Below are positions 51,643 to 64,000 of a stretch of 64,000 nucleotides of DNA, in pieces. The notes below the pieces were generated by a model. That model had not been told where the DNA came from, did no database searches, and saw only the letters and a program-made list of their open reading frames with translations. The stretch's first letter is position 1. Every line of letters starts with the position of its first letter. The DNA is taken from the NCBI GenBank assembly GCA_013265495.1, contig MU058241.1, forward strand, positions 1,615,249-1,679,248, in the 5' to 3' direction. Source of the stretch: Vicugna vicugna (taxonomy: Eukaryota). A program made the translations under genes and the position numbers.

Positions 51643-54600
51643 AATATGGTGACGCAACTTCCGTAAAGCAGGACTTTGAGAAGTGAACACTCCTGGTCAA
51701 TTTCATATGAATTTATGAATCCGGTGACTGGACACCCTGAGCTACACAAATCAAGTGGGTATGCATAAAGTCATCATCGTCTCAGAAAATTTCCTCTTCA
51801 GACGGAACACGTCTTGATTGGCAGAGAAACACATGGTGGTTTCTTTCAACTGAAACGTTTTTCTTAGCAACGAAGCACTGTTTGCACAGAATTTAAACAG
51901 GAAACCAGCCACCAAACCTGGCTGTTGACCCAGCAGAATGACCCGGATTCACCTCTCTCTTTGGGGGACCTTGGAAACATGAATGCCACTCTACCCACTG
52001 GCATCGAACCTTTGTACACGTGGCCTCGACTCAAACAAAACAAAAACTACCTTGGGAACAGAATTAACTTGGTTAAGTTCACCATCCATCACCACGCAGC
52101 CTTTATCTTCTTTTCGGGACACCCAGATCCGTCTCCCTCGCCACGGTAATGATTACACTACGCACGTGGAAGTTTGTGTAAGAGTCACCAGGGCGCATTC
52201 TCCTTTTGGGGTGTGAGACGCAGACTCCTCCACTTGGAGAAGGGGTGTGGAACTCCCTACCCTCTTCCGATGAATCCATACTCAGACCTTACTACTAAGA
52301 TGGCAGAATAGGTGTGGAAGAGGCCTAGCCCGTTATGAATCGCTCAGGAGAGCCCTCGTGGAGAGTTATATGTGGGTTTCAATCCACGGCCGACTACTGG
52401 CTGTGCGGCTTTTGCCATCACTCACAAGTTTTCAGTCTCCAATTCTCCCACAAGAAGCCATCTCTTTACCCACCTCCCAGGGTCCCTGGGCAGCTTTGTA
52501 AGAGGTGAGGGCTACGAAACGTGCCCAAGATGCTGTGCGTATCCGCAGTGCCTACCGCATGTAATTAATCCGTGCCGGTTACACGTGAACGTGCCCCACG
52601 CTGGGCACCCCAGCTGGACCTGTTTCACAAAGCACAGAAGAGAGTCACGGCACGGGAGGAACGCAGGATGGCTGAAGGACCCTTCCTTCGGCGCACATGA
52701 GGGGAGTTGAGTATCTCTCAAGAAATCTACAGGTCATTCCTGCCTGCAAGAGCAACAGGGATTTCTTGCTAATTAAAGTATATTAAGGATGCCCTATGTC
52801 TTGAATTACTACACAGCTTATAACATATGGTGAGCTAATTATCTACCTCTCTAGCCATAGAAACGTCTTCCCAAGACAAATTTTATCCCTAAAAGAGTCA
52901 ATTAGGGTGAGGGATCGTGGTGGAGGGCATGGTTATATATTCCAAGCCATCGCTCTCTTCAATTTGGAAATACACACTTGTAATCCTGATGCATGGACCT
53001 GAATGCAGCTAAGCAGACCACACTTGAGAGGACCAAGAAGCAATCAAGTGCCTCCCCCTTAGGTCCCTGTCATTCGTGTCTTCCAATCTGAAGTCAGCAT
53101 CTCGAGAACAAACCCTTAAGCAGAAACCATTTCAGTCCCCAGGCTCAGAGACAGAATATAAACGTTAGAAATGAGCGTTTAAATCCTTTTCCTCATCGCC
53201 TCTGACAAGTGCACTGAAGGGGAGCTGTATCCCCCCGAAAACTGTTTCCACAGCAATCCACTGAAATAAGGCACTGGTTTCGACTGGGAAATTCTGATGC
53301 CAAGGCACCGGAGTCAATCTCACAGACACTGTCATTGCTTGAATGAGCTGTCCCTGCTTCTGATGAGCCCCAAATGCGTGTCTCACAAAGCTGGTGAGAC
53401 CTGCCCCAGTGATTCAAGACACTCTGGTCAATGAGATAACTCATATAAATGTGTCTCTGGATCCCTGAAAAAAAAAGTTTATAGAAATGGTATTGTCACC
53501 GTGGGCTATGATTCTGTGGTGCCACATTAAGGCAATTCTCTGAAGAACCGTGGACATCAGCCTTCAGCAGATCAGACATGTACCATGTAACACAGGAAGA
53601 CAGTGTCACCCAGGGGAGACTTTACGGAGATGCTTTAAATCGTTGAATCATCAGATAACAGATGCAGAAGTTTTTTTGAGAATGGCCTCATGGTAAACAC
53701 ATGGCAGCACGGTCACTAATACTGACCATCTGTGCAGTGCTCCAACGTGGGCAGTGGTCATTCACTCTACAGTCACCTCTTTGAAGACTAAACCCTTAAA
53801 AAAAGCCCAAAAAACCTCAGTAACCAGAACCTCCACTATGGTGTTGCTAGAACACCCGAATCTCTACTTCTGGAAGACAATGTAAGAAACGCCGACGTAA
53901 TCAAGAAAAACTGGCTGGGCTTCAACATCCCGAAGCTGATCAAATTCGCTTTGCCGCCCTCCTAAAATCATATGCTGAGGAACTCATGAAAATGTCTTGT
54001 AATCATATAAATATTCAAAGTCTGTATAGATTCAATCTTTTTCGTCAAAATACCACATGGAAAAAAAAAGTGATTCACCCTGCAAGCTGAGAAACATTCT
54101 TGATCTCTGTCATTTTGCATTGAGCTCTGAAGTATTAATCTCCTCCCCGCATGTTTCTGAGAGATGGCTGTAGACGGAGAGTGGTCCAGCCATACTAGCA
54201 AATTTGCCAAACAGCAGACTTTTTTGTGCGTTTTGGCTTAAGAGGATAGGTTTGACCTCCGTGGAACACCGTTCTACCTTGGAACGGCCCCTCTCTTGTT
54301 TATAAGACACTGCAAGTTTAACTGGCGAGGTGAAAGCTTTGTCAACCATGCAGACTGGGACCGAGGGCTGAGTCATGACATGAATGGAGTGTCACAGTCA
54401 GATATTAAAAAAAAAGAAAGAAACAGAACAGGATCGGGTGGAACGCATCAGAAGTGATCACTCTACAGAGAAAATAAAATCATTTCAGGAAACTTGCGTT
54501 TCAGTTAAACACCTCTTGGGGAGGTACAGTGTTGTCACCTTCGAGCTACCCAGCAGGGATTTCCACAGAGAGGACTGGCGCTCTCCACTTTCAACCGACA

Positions 54601-56002
54601 CCCCAGGATCTCCCAACACAAAGTCTGAGGAATCGCAATTCTGCACCTCCAGTCAAGAGCGTCTCCCCTCTTCCTTTCTTGGTCTACCTGTGGGAACTTC
54701 TAATGACCCAATTTCACTTGCCACCACGTACTAAGCTGTTAAAGGCAACCCCACCACGGACAGTCCTGAGCAAGCGCCGTGCCCAGGATGTGGGTGGCCG
54801 CCCCAGGGATGCCCACCTCTGGCGTTGCGGGCAGATGGCTCGGCTTACCGAAGGCATGATGACCCAATGGTACCTCCACGTGCAAAATCACAGACATAGA
54901 TGTTCACGAGCATGACGGCCAGGTAACACCTCCCCCTTCTCTAAAGAGTCGAATTACGTTACATCATTCAACGCACCATCTTACGAGGTTTCCCCACTGT
55001 CTGCTGCCTGAACAGACCTGCTCTCACGGGCGTAGCAAGGACCCACCAAGACCAAACATCTGATTTCCACATCGAGTTTCCATCTTTGTCTATCGACAGT
55101 CGTCTCACGTTACAAAGGGAACAAGACATTTTGTTTGTTTTTAACAGCCAGTGTTACTGAGAGAGACTTGTGTCAGTGTCTCTGTTCCTGGTCATCCCCT
55201 TGGCTGACTGCAGCCCCCCAAAAGTATAAACTCAAGCAGCTCTAACAGACCCCAGAGGGATCACCCAGTGCCCTCACGGGGTGGTTTTGCTCAGAAACGT
55301 GCCTAGAACACTTGGCTCTCTCCACATTGTTCACATCACAAGGGCAACGTCTACAGTCAACAACACACAGTTCCTTTTCCTCTCTTGCTCGCCCATTGGA
55401 AGATTCAAGACTGTGTTGATACACAGTCCCCTCTTCCCACAGCTGTCATCCCACAGAGCTTCTTGGGGTGTGGCTTCACAAGCACAGGACATGGGGAAAC
55501 TGGCGAAGTGTCTGTGGGGAGAGCCTACAGCATCGTTATTCCTGAGACCAGCCCCCCAGCCCCCAACACGTGCCATTTCATTTCCCCCATCCGTCCTGCA
55601 GAGAGCCAGGCTGGGGAAACCCACTAAGCATGGGAGGGGAAACGTGCTGAGGAGGACCACCCCGTGCTTCTGTGAGAGCAGGAAGACAGCCAGACATGAG
55701 CAGAGAAAGGGGGACTCAGGCCAGATGGCAGGAATTGGGCAAAAAGAGAGGCAGGGGGACAAATACAGGAAAACCAACATCATGTAAGCACCAGGGGCCC
55801 TGTGGGCAGAGAAAGGAAAGCAGGAACCTCTGGGCTGATGAGTGGTCACACATTGTAGGCTGGCAAGTGCCCTGGAGGCTGACAAAAAAGGGGGAAAAGG
55901 GCAGGAATCTGCAGTGTCCGAATGTAGCCTTCTGCTCACTGTGCCCTCATTACAACAAAATTAGCCTTGCAGATTAGAGGCACCCATCACGCACCGCCGC
56001 CG

Positions 56003-56308
56003 TGACACTTGTGATCCAGATTAAATAAGGACGAAAATCTCTCCCACCCTCGAGAAGGTGGAGTTGGGATGAAAATCAGGGAATAGGACCCCACACCCTT
56101 CCCCCCTCAATGTATTTGGCCCACTCATTTTTACACCCTGTGTAACCAACCTGCCAAAGAAACTCAGGGCAGCCGCTCACCTGAGCCTGCCCGCTCTCCC
56201 CTTGAGAGCGTCCTATCACTTCACACATCCTCACTTTACTTTCTTGACCTCTGTGTCCTATCTCTGATTTCTCTCTGCGGAGAGACAAGAACCCCATCTC
56301 CGGCAACA
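56003..56308 (+). mobile_element. Probable ERV solo LTR (ERV1-like); 5' boundary uncertain
   Basis: 3' block ctctgtgtcctatctctgatttctctctgcggagagacaagaacccc...ggcaaCA resembles ERV1 LTR U5 ends; no clean TSD or AATAAA seen. Confidence 0.5.
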
Positions 56309-56384
56309 CCCCCTCCCCCGAGGAGATACCCGAAATCACGTGTTCTGTCTCGCTGGCAGCATGGGGACCGGAGGCGACACCCAC

Positions 56385-56808
56385 CGTTGCAGGAACTGGG
56401 CCGCGTCCGCCGTCAGCCGCTGCGTGAGGTTGTCGTAGGACATGGGCTGCTGGCTGATGTCGTGGTCCCTCATCAGGAAGCAGTTCAGGGGCCGGAAGTA
56501 ATGGAGGAAGGCCAGCAGGAGGGCGAGGACCAGGGCGGCCAGGAAGAGGAGGCAGAAGACGGCGACAGGGGGCACGCGGAGCAGCCCCAGGCACTTGAGC
56601 ACCGCCAGGGTGAGCAGCGTGATGCCGATGACCTGCAGGGGCGAGAAGACCAGCAGCTGGAAGGCCGCGGTGAAGACAGTGCCGTGTCCAGGCTTGCAGT
56701 CCCTCAGGTTGGTCACCGGGAGCCCGTGGAAGTAGTCGAAGCCGTGGCTTAAGGGGTGGTGGCAGAAGTCGGTTCTGCTGCGGCAGCTGGTCCCCAGGTG
56801 CCACTTCC
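56385..56808 (-). CDS. STS: STS exon 5 (424 nt), KWHLG motif and two-helix transmembrane hairpin
   Basis: [40 protein letters not shown]...[64 protein letters not shown]...QFLQR; CTCAG| acceptor, |GTGGGT donor. Confidence 0.97.
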
Positions 56809-57271
56809 CTGAGCAGAGAAATGGGCGGCACTCTTAGTCCCAGTGAACACCCTGACGTGAAGGAGCACTTCCGGCTCCCACGCACAGCAAAGTGGGCTCT
56901 TTCTGCACATCCATCCGCCAAACCCTACCCGACCACGTTCACCTCCTTTCCCACAAACAGTCCTTTCCCTCCACCCATCATCCATTTCATCGACTGAACT
57001 ATCCATCCCTGTCTCCATCACCTATCTCACCTATCTTCCCATCTGTCACCCATCCATCCACACACACACACAGGTAAGGACGCCCATCTACACACTCAGA
57101 TAGCACACACAGAGGCATGGCGCTTTAATTTAGAACTGAAATCATGTCTTCCCTATTTACAGTTGGGCAAACTGTGTCAGCAGCGTCACCCTTAAGAAGG
57201 CTGCTCTCGCGCCCTCCCCACTCTCGCACTCATCTCGTCCCGGTCCTCGCCTCCCCCTCCGCGGCCCGTAC

Positions 57272-57394
57272 CTATTAGAGCTGTTGAATAGCCTTGCGTC
57301 TTCAGAAGCTTAGCAAACGTAATCTCACTGCGGGGAAGTCCTCCCGAAGAGGCCGAGAAGAGGAAAACCCCCACCTGGGACTGAGATGCCATCC
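57272..57394 (-). CDS. STS: STS exon 4 (123 nt)
   Basis: [47 protein letters not shown]| acceptor, |GTACGG donor; 89-nt intron to exon 3. Confidence 0.97.
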
Positions 57395-57436
57395 CTGAAG
57401 CAGGAGAAATCAGCCATTAAGACGGGAGAGCCATCA

Positions 57437-57847
<411 letters not shown>

Positions 57848-58827
57848 TCAGTTCCCCGAGGCCTGGTTTACAAGCGAGGACCCGAGTCTTGAGAATGGGC
57901 TGCTGTGAGGAGGGGGAGGGAGATGGGTCAAAGTCTCACCCTTCCCTCACCTGGGCCCCCTACCCTGTTCCCTTGTGCCCCCGAATGAAAGCTCTGGGGG
58001 CAGCCTGGCTCTTCTCTTCCCAACCACAGTCAAAGAGCAGGTCCGACCCAGCTGTCACCTGCTCTGTCTAATTTCCATGTGCCCCCAGGAAGAAGGGGGC
58101 GGTGAGGGAATTCCCTGGAGAAAGAGAGAATGGGGCCCACGTGCACCGACCAGTGGCCGGTAACAAACGGGCTCCCAGACTCCAGGACAGATGGACACAT
58201 GCCAGTGTGAAACCACGACATGCGGTGAGTCACGCACACCCTCGTGGGCTCAGGGCTTTTAACACAAAATGAACCCCTGTTCGTGGGCTCACTTCTAGGA
58301 TGACACGTTACGTAAGACACACCATCCTGGGGCCTCTTCTCCCGGAACGGCTGGGCCCAGAACCGCAGGAAGTCATGCCTGACCCCTCAGCACTGAGAAA
58401 CGGAGGTCCGTCAGGTCTGCGACCAGGCCGAGCGGCTATCCCGCATCCCCCGAAGGGAACCCCGGCCCTTGCCTCTCTGCCAGGCTCTACGTCTTCTACA
58501 CTTCAGTTCTGAGTGCAGATGTGACACCTCCCTCCCCACGGCCTCCTTGTCCGCTGGGAGGGGCCTGTCTCACGTGGAGAAGGTCCCTCTGTAGCCCCCA
58601 CCAAGGTAGCCGCCTCCCGGTAACGGGATGGCGTGGCTCACCGCACTCCCCGCAAGACGGCTGCCTGAGGGGTGGGGGCACGCATCTCGTCCCTTGCGGA
58701 ACCTGTCTGTGCATCTGACTTAAACCTCCCAGTGCCTAGACTGGGCAGCGAGAAATTTGATTATTCGACGCTGTGATGTTATAAAATGTAAAACGAGAAA
58801 ACATACTTCAGAAAGCAGCGAGCTCTA

Positions 58828-58966
58828 GGAGGGGGAGGGAATAGCTCAGCGGTAAGGTTCTTGCCTGGCATGCACGAGGTCCTGGGTTCAATCCCCAGTA
58901 CCTCCATTAAATGAACAAATAAACCTGATAACACGCATCTCCCACCTCCCCACAAAATAAAAAAGA
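58828..58966 (+). mobile_element. Vic-1-type SINE with degenerate TSD
   Basis: gggggagggaatagctcagcggtaagg...gcatgcacgaggtcctgggttcaatccccagtacctcca...A-rich tail; flanks agaaagcagcgagctct / agaaaccagcggactct. Confidence 0.88.
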
Positions 58967-60512
58967 ACAACTAGAAACCAGCGGACTCTCATACGGAGAG
59001 CAAGACAGATTTAGGGTAATACGGACGTGAATTCTTTTCTGGGATTTTATAGCTTTTTTTTGTTTGTTTTCTTTTGGTAACTGGTAGACTCTGAACCTTA
59101 AAGGCTTGACTGCAACTTTGTAATTAAGACAGCTTAGTGGGGAGAATCACCTGCTACCTCAGCAAACTTGAGGACTATCATGTCGAATATTACACTAATA
59201 TCTTGTGCTATTTAAAAATAATACTTCAAATGAAGAAAAGAGAAGTCATGACGTTGATTAAAAAATTAAATTAATAACAAGGTTCATGTCAAAAAATGCC
59301 AGTGAGAGCTAAACTTTTCACAAAATGAGGCAAAAGTTGGGGAAAGAAACATACGTGGTCTGCTAAAATTTTAAGAGAACACTGAATACTTGTTTTTTTA
59401 AAATCTAACAAGTGTCATAGGTCAGCACACATCTTAAATAAGAAGGAACATGTGATGCACAGATTCGGGTGGGAACTGACACACGTCTGGCTGCGTCTCA
59501 CTCGCCCGCTCTCCTCCAAAGAATAATTCACTTCATTTTGTTTGATCTGACAGTAACACGGAAACACAGTTCCCCAGAGGCGCAGTCATGCTGGTAAGAC
59601 GATGAGGGTTCCCAGGGAACAAAGTGACAAAAAATCCGACCGTGCGACCCTTAGCTGTCCATCGTCCCGAGCTTCAGAGTAATTATTCACAGATCTTACA
59701 AGAAAATTCTAGTGGAACCCTCCTCTCCTTTAATTCCGTTCGCAATAGTCATGTGCGACATGAAGCCCTGCAAAGACTCAGCATTATGTCAACCCTCCTC
59801 CGTGATCATAAAGAGATTTAAAAAACTTAAGGGAAAGTTAAAAAAGAAAAAAAAGAGAGAGGGAAAGTGCAACGCTAACGCCAATATTCTTCTGCAAAAG
59901 GACCGACTTCGATTCTAAACCAAAGGGACCCACGCAACGCCGTCCTCTGTCCCTGAGTCCGGCTCCTGTTGTGTGTTTTGTTTTCCTCCCACTGCCGTCT
60001 GCCCGGGCCCTTGGAAAGTTCTGTCATCATCAAACGTGCCCCGTGTCCTTGGGACAGCTGTCCCCAGCCTGCCCATCCAGAACAGCCTGGGCCAGAGCGG
60101 GAAGCAGGTCGGGAGGTGCGAATGAGCAGTTCAGACGCCGGGTGGCACGGGGCCCCACTGGGACCAGAGCCACACGCCGAAAAAGAAGACAAAACACAGG
60201 AAGTGAACCAAACGGAGTTAAAACGAGAGTGTGAAAAAGCAGCGTAGTAGTGGCGAGGAAGAAAGAATGACTGTGAATGTCTCCCCAGCGAGCCTTTGGA
60301 GTTTATCCAACTGCCAACGGTGATTCAAACAGGAAACGCCATCACACCTCCCTTCCTGACGCCCGTACGTGTGAAGTCACACACCCAGGTGTGTAGTCTG
60401 GGGGTGTTAAACGTCCCCACGTGGCCTGTGCCCTGCGAACTCGTGTCCCCCGTCACGGGGTGATGCCCTACGAAGGGAGGCCTGTGTTCATACGGCAGCC
60501 GCGTCGCCCCAC

Positions 60513-60649
60513 CTGAGGGTCTTGTTTCCATAGCAACCAGGATCCCCAATGCCAAGGTCGTCCGCCATGAACAGGACGAAGTTGGGCCTTGACTTCGCAC
60601 GGCTCCGGGCCCCACACAGGAACAGGATCACGAGCAGAAGGGTCCTCAT
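60513..60649 (-). CDS. STS: Steroid sulfatase, first coding exon (classical exon 2; whole exon 60513-60653)
   Basis: Encodes [46 protein letters not shown] (signal peptide plus sulfatase DD motif). Acceptor CTGCAG|GAAGATG, donor CTCAG|GTGGGG; ATG at 60649-60647 with A at -3. Confidence 0.95.
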
Positions 60650-62639
60650 CTTCCTGCAGAGGGCAGAGGGGAAGAGATGCGTGAGGGGTGCTGGAGGCAT
60701 GAGGGGGACCCTTCTCTTTCTCTGGGACCCTCCCCTCTCCTTCTAGAAGAGGGCGCTCTCTACCTGCACCCCGCCAGCCCCGGACCATGTGGGCTCCAAA
60801 CTGAATTGTAGCCTCTCTTCCCCGCGTGGTTGTTTCCAAAACCAAACATGCCCTTCTCCCTGGATCGCCGTGCAACCTCTCCTTTCTATCCCAAACTGAA
60901 ATGCAGACTCTGTCTGGAAAAATGAAAGCACAACCATGTCTTTACGGAAGGCGGGCTCTGTCACCCGCTAACCGTGGAAAGACAGTCATTCTGGGGCCAT
61001 CAAACTCTCAATGTGAAATGCTTTCTAAAATTAGCTGTAAGTGTCAGAGTAGCAGCCTTTACAAGGCAACATGTACACGTGGGCCTGACGTAAACCTTTC
61101 CAAACTCCAGGGACGCAAAGTTCAGAGCCTGGGTTGGCTCTGGGCGCCGGCTCACGGAAGGCAGCCAACACACCGGAGGAGGGGAACCCGTTCACCCAAC
61201 GCACACCCGATGGCACTGCACTCCAGTCGGGAACTACAGGCTGCAGGACTCCGGGGGAAGACACCGCTGAAAGGGGCACACCTGGAACTCCCTGCCTGAT
61301 GCCCACAGACACGGCCCAGTGAATACTCAGAAGAGGGACAGAACCTGCCAGGATCGGCGCAGCCGGGGGCAGACGCATCCTCAGGCCTCACCCCTTGGGT
61401 GCGGTTAAATGCCCACGGGCCAGACCAAGGGGCCAGGCTGAAGGACGCACCCACCCGAGCTCGCGCTCACCCCGAGAGAACTCAGGACTCAGGCAAGCGA
61501 GACAAGACCTTAGCAGAACCTATGGCATCGGGAACTCACTGGGGTGTGGAGGGGCCTGGGACATGTGGATCCCACTGGAGCTGTGGGTCTCTGCACGAGG
61601 CATGACAGCCACGTGGAGCCGGAATCCCGTGGTGATTTTGCTTGAGAAAACAACATGGTGCTGTCTTCCAAGGACACCTGGACGCCAACCCAGCCACCCC
61701 GACATTCGTCCTCCCCATTCTTGTATCTGTTCCCTTCTTCTCCATCAAGCTGACCCTCACACCTGGTGTGGGAGGCGGCCGACAGCCCTGTCCGCAAACA
61801 CATTCACGCCTGCATCCCTGGACCCTCTAACTGTGTTACCTTACGTGGCGTTGCTTGCCGCCCTCAGCTCCCCCAGAGAGAGTCTCAGAGGATGCCAGAA
61901 GCTGCTTCTCTGGGAACACACTCTTTGACACTAAACAGCTAATATTTGGTCACTGAGCAAATGAGTAAAGACAGCTTCTGTGGATGGAAGATTGGAAGGT
62001 TTCTCTCCTTCCTAAGTGGACGGGAGGCACCATGAGGGCAGTGGCTGGTTGAACAAGTACCAAAGAAAACTGCATGAAACCAAGAATCCATGTTCACACT
62101 GTTGAATTAAAACTCCTCCCTCCGACTCAACTCAAAGAGAAAACGAGAAAGGTCAGGAAACTGTTTTCAGGAGTTGCAGCAGTTGCAATGACCCTACTGT
62201 GGGTAACAGGGAGGATTTAGAATTTAGCATCTGTCTCTAAATATACAGCGTGAGACACCCAAGAGGTTCTGAAGATTACTGAGGATGCCCATTAGTGATG
62301 CCTGCGAAATGCTTAGGGCTGGGGGCTCAGGGCTCCCTACACGGCTTTGACGGCATGAAAACGAGTACCAGCAACACAGAAAAGACTGTGGTTCCCGACC
62401 CCCTGCCTTCCCTAAGAAGGCAGCCTAGATCTTTCAGACCCCAGAAGATGAGGGCCAAGACACCGTGGATGCGTGCTTCTAAGGACTTCACATTTTCATG
62501 GTTCGCTTTATGTAGAAAATAAACAAAATGTCGTATTTTACAGCCGCAGTTTTCTGGGTGCTCTGCCTACTTATTCATCAAGTCACCTCCGTGAAGAAAT
62601 AAGAACACCTATTTGTCACATGACTGAGCAGATAGTGAT

Positions 62640-62883
62640 CAGGGTTTCTCAGCCTTGGAAGCACTGACATTCAGGACAGGACGATTCTCGGTGGGGGGAG
62701 ATGGGACGATTCCCCGTGATGGGGCCTGGGCAGCTCCCTGGCGGGTGTTCAGCAGGGTCCCTGGCCTCCCCCCACTCCACGCCTGGAGCCCACCCTCTCA
62801 CCCTGTGTCATGACAACCACAATGTCTCCAGACACTGCCACCTATCCCCTGGGGGACACAATCACCCCCAGTGGAGAACCACC
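62640..62883 (+). mobile_element. MER20-like hAT-Charlie DNA element
   Basis: cagggtttctcagccttgg...tgttcagcagggtccctggcctc...catgacaaccacaatgtctccagacactgcc...ctgggggacacaatcacccccagtggagaaccac. Confidence 0.82.
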
Positions 62884-63744
62884 CATTTACTTTCCGCATG
62901 TCACCCTTCTCACCGTCTATAAAATCATCAGTGAAACTTTGCTCCTGGATGTAACATGATTACAACTCACTCCCTGTGGTCTCACAGTCGGGCAGCTTGG
63001 CTTCTGTGGGACGATTTGGAAACTGCAACCCATCAGAATGACTGAGCTTCTCCTCACGCCCACGAGCACACGTTCAATGCTAACACATAACGTTCCCCGG
63101 CCATAACATCCCCCCGCCGGTTACAGAAGCCCTTGGATTCCTGTGCACTTGGGCAACACTCTCCCAGGGGCTTTTCAAAGAGGACCCGAACCTCCGAATA
63201 TTCCTTCTCCTCTTGCCTGACCTGTTGCTTATCCGTCTCTGGTCCTCGCGGCCCATCTCCCCGACCGTGCCTTTTCATCAGAGGTTCCTTCTCCAGTCAT
63301 CTTGCCTGGATGAAAGGATCCTCACCCCCAGGCGAGGACAACTTGGAGCTACACCTTTCTCTCTCTCGATCAATCTCCCCACTCATCTACCCCACTTCCA
63401 AAGACCTTTCCATAAATGCAAACTCGGCACCCTCGCCCTTCCTCTACAGATACCGAGCCAGGGAAATGTGACCATTCCATCTGCACTTCTAGGAAACACC
63501 CTCTCATTCCCAACTCTCTCTCCAGTGCTCTCTTGGGTGGCTTTTCTGTTTCTTGGGAGGTAGAGGAAGGAGTGGAGGCTTAAGAGTCAGGGGTCGCAGC
63601 TCAGGCCAGCAGTCATGAGGTCTTGGGCATAAAGCATGATCTCCTTGAGTGAGTAGTATATCACCGAGATGCTATCTGCGGTATGGAGCATTCCACTGAG
63701 AGGCTGGAAATAGGGAGTCTCCACGAAATCAGGATCTCAAAGAG

Positions 63745-64000
63745 AGACATACCCATACTCCACTTCACTACAATCTTAGTCACAATAGTCAAGATGCAGA
63801 GACTACCTTAGCATCGAGGGATGGATGAATGGATAAAGACAATTCCATGGTATCATGGAATGTTACTCAGCCTCAAAAAGAGGGAAACTCGGCCACGTGC
63901 GACAACATGGATACATCTGGAGAACGTTATCCTAAGGGAAATAAGCCAACAGCGGAATCGCATAAAATGTATGATCTGACTCATGTGTGGAATCTAAAAA
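63745..64000 (+). mobile_element. L1 ORF2-end/3'UTR fragment running off the window
   Basis: ggatgaatggataaag...atggaatgttactcagcctcaaaaagagggaaac...gacaacatggatacatctggagaacgttatcctaagggaaataagcca. Confidence 0.82.

Noticed and set aside
56076..56921. 281-aa alternative-frame ORF and 121-aa antisense ORF over exon 5
   Set aside because: Expected by-products of about 94% GC3 removing stop codons; they give low-complexity Pro/Ala/Arg or Glu/Gln peptides with no recognisable domain.

Overview
Mammalian genomic DNA, very probably a camelid (alpaca, llama or camel), judged from eight tRNA-Ala-derived Vic-1-type SINE copies. The window holds most of the steroid sulfatase gene STS on the minus strand. 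There are eight GT-AG-bounded coding exons (classical exons 2-9; 137, 122, 123, 424, 137, 138, 160 and 122 coding nt) that splice into one uninterrupted frame. That frame carries the signal peptide, DD metal-binding motif, CTPSR formylglycine motif, KWHLG and the transmembrane hairpin. The last exon lies left of the window, and I did not identify any upstream first exon. The rest is intron filled with L1 fragments, Vic-1, MIR, L2, MLT1 LTRs, hAT DNA elements and microsatellites. I found no convincing new biological system. The best second-look observations are an extreme, sharply local GC3 spike in exon 5, an internally primed tail-less L1 ORF2 insertion with a perfect 15-bp TSD, a twin-primed L1 inversion, an unidentified polyadenylated fragment inside an L1, a bare tRNA-Ala retroposon, and an H-to-Q change two residues before the active-site His.
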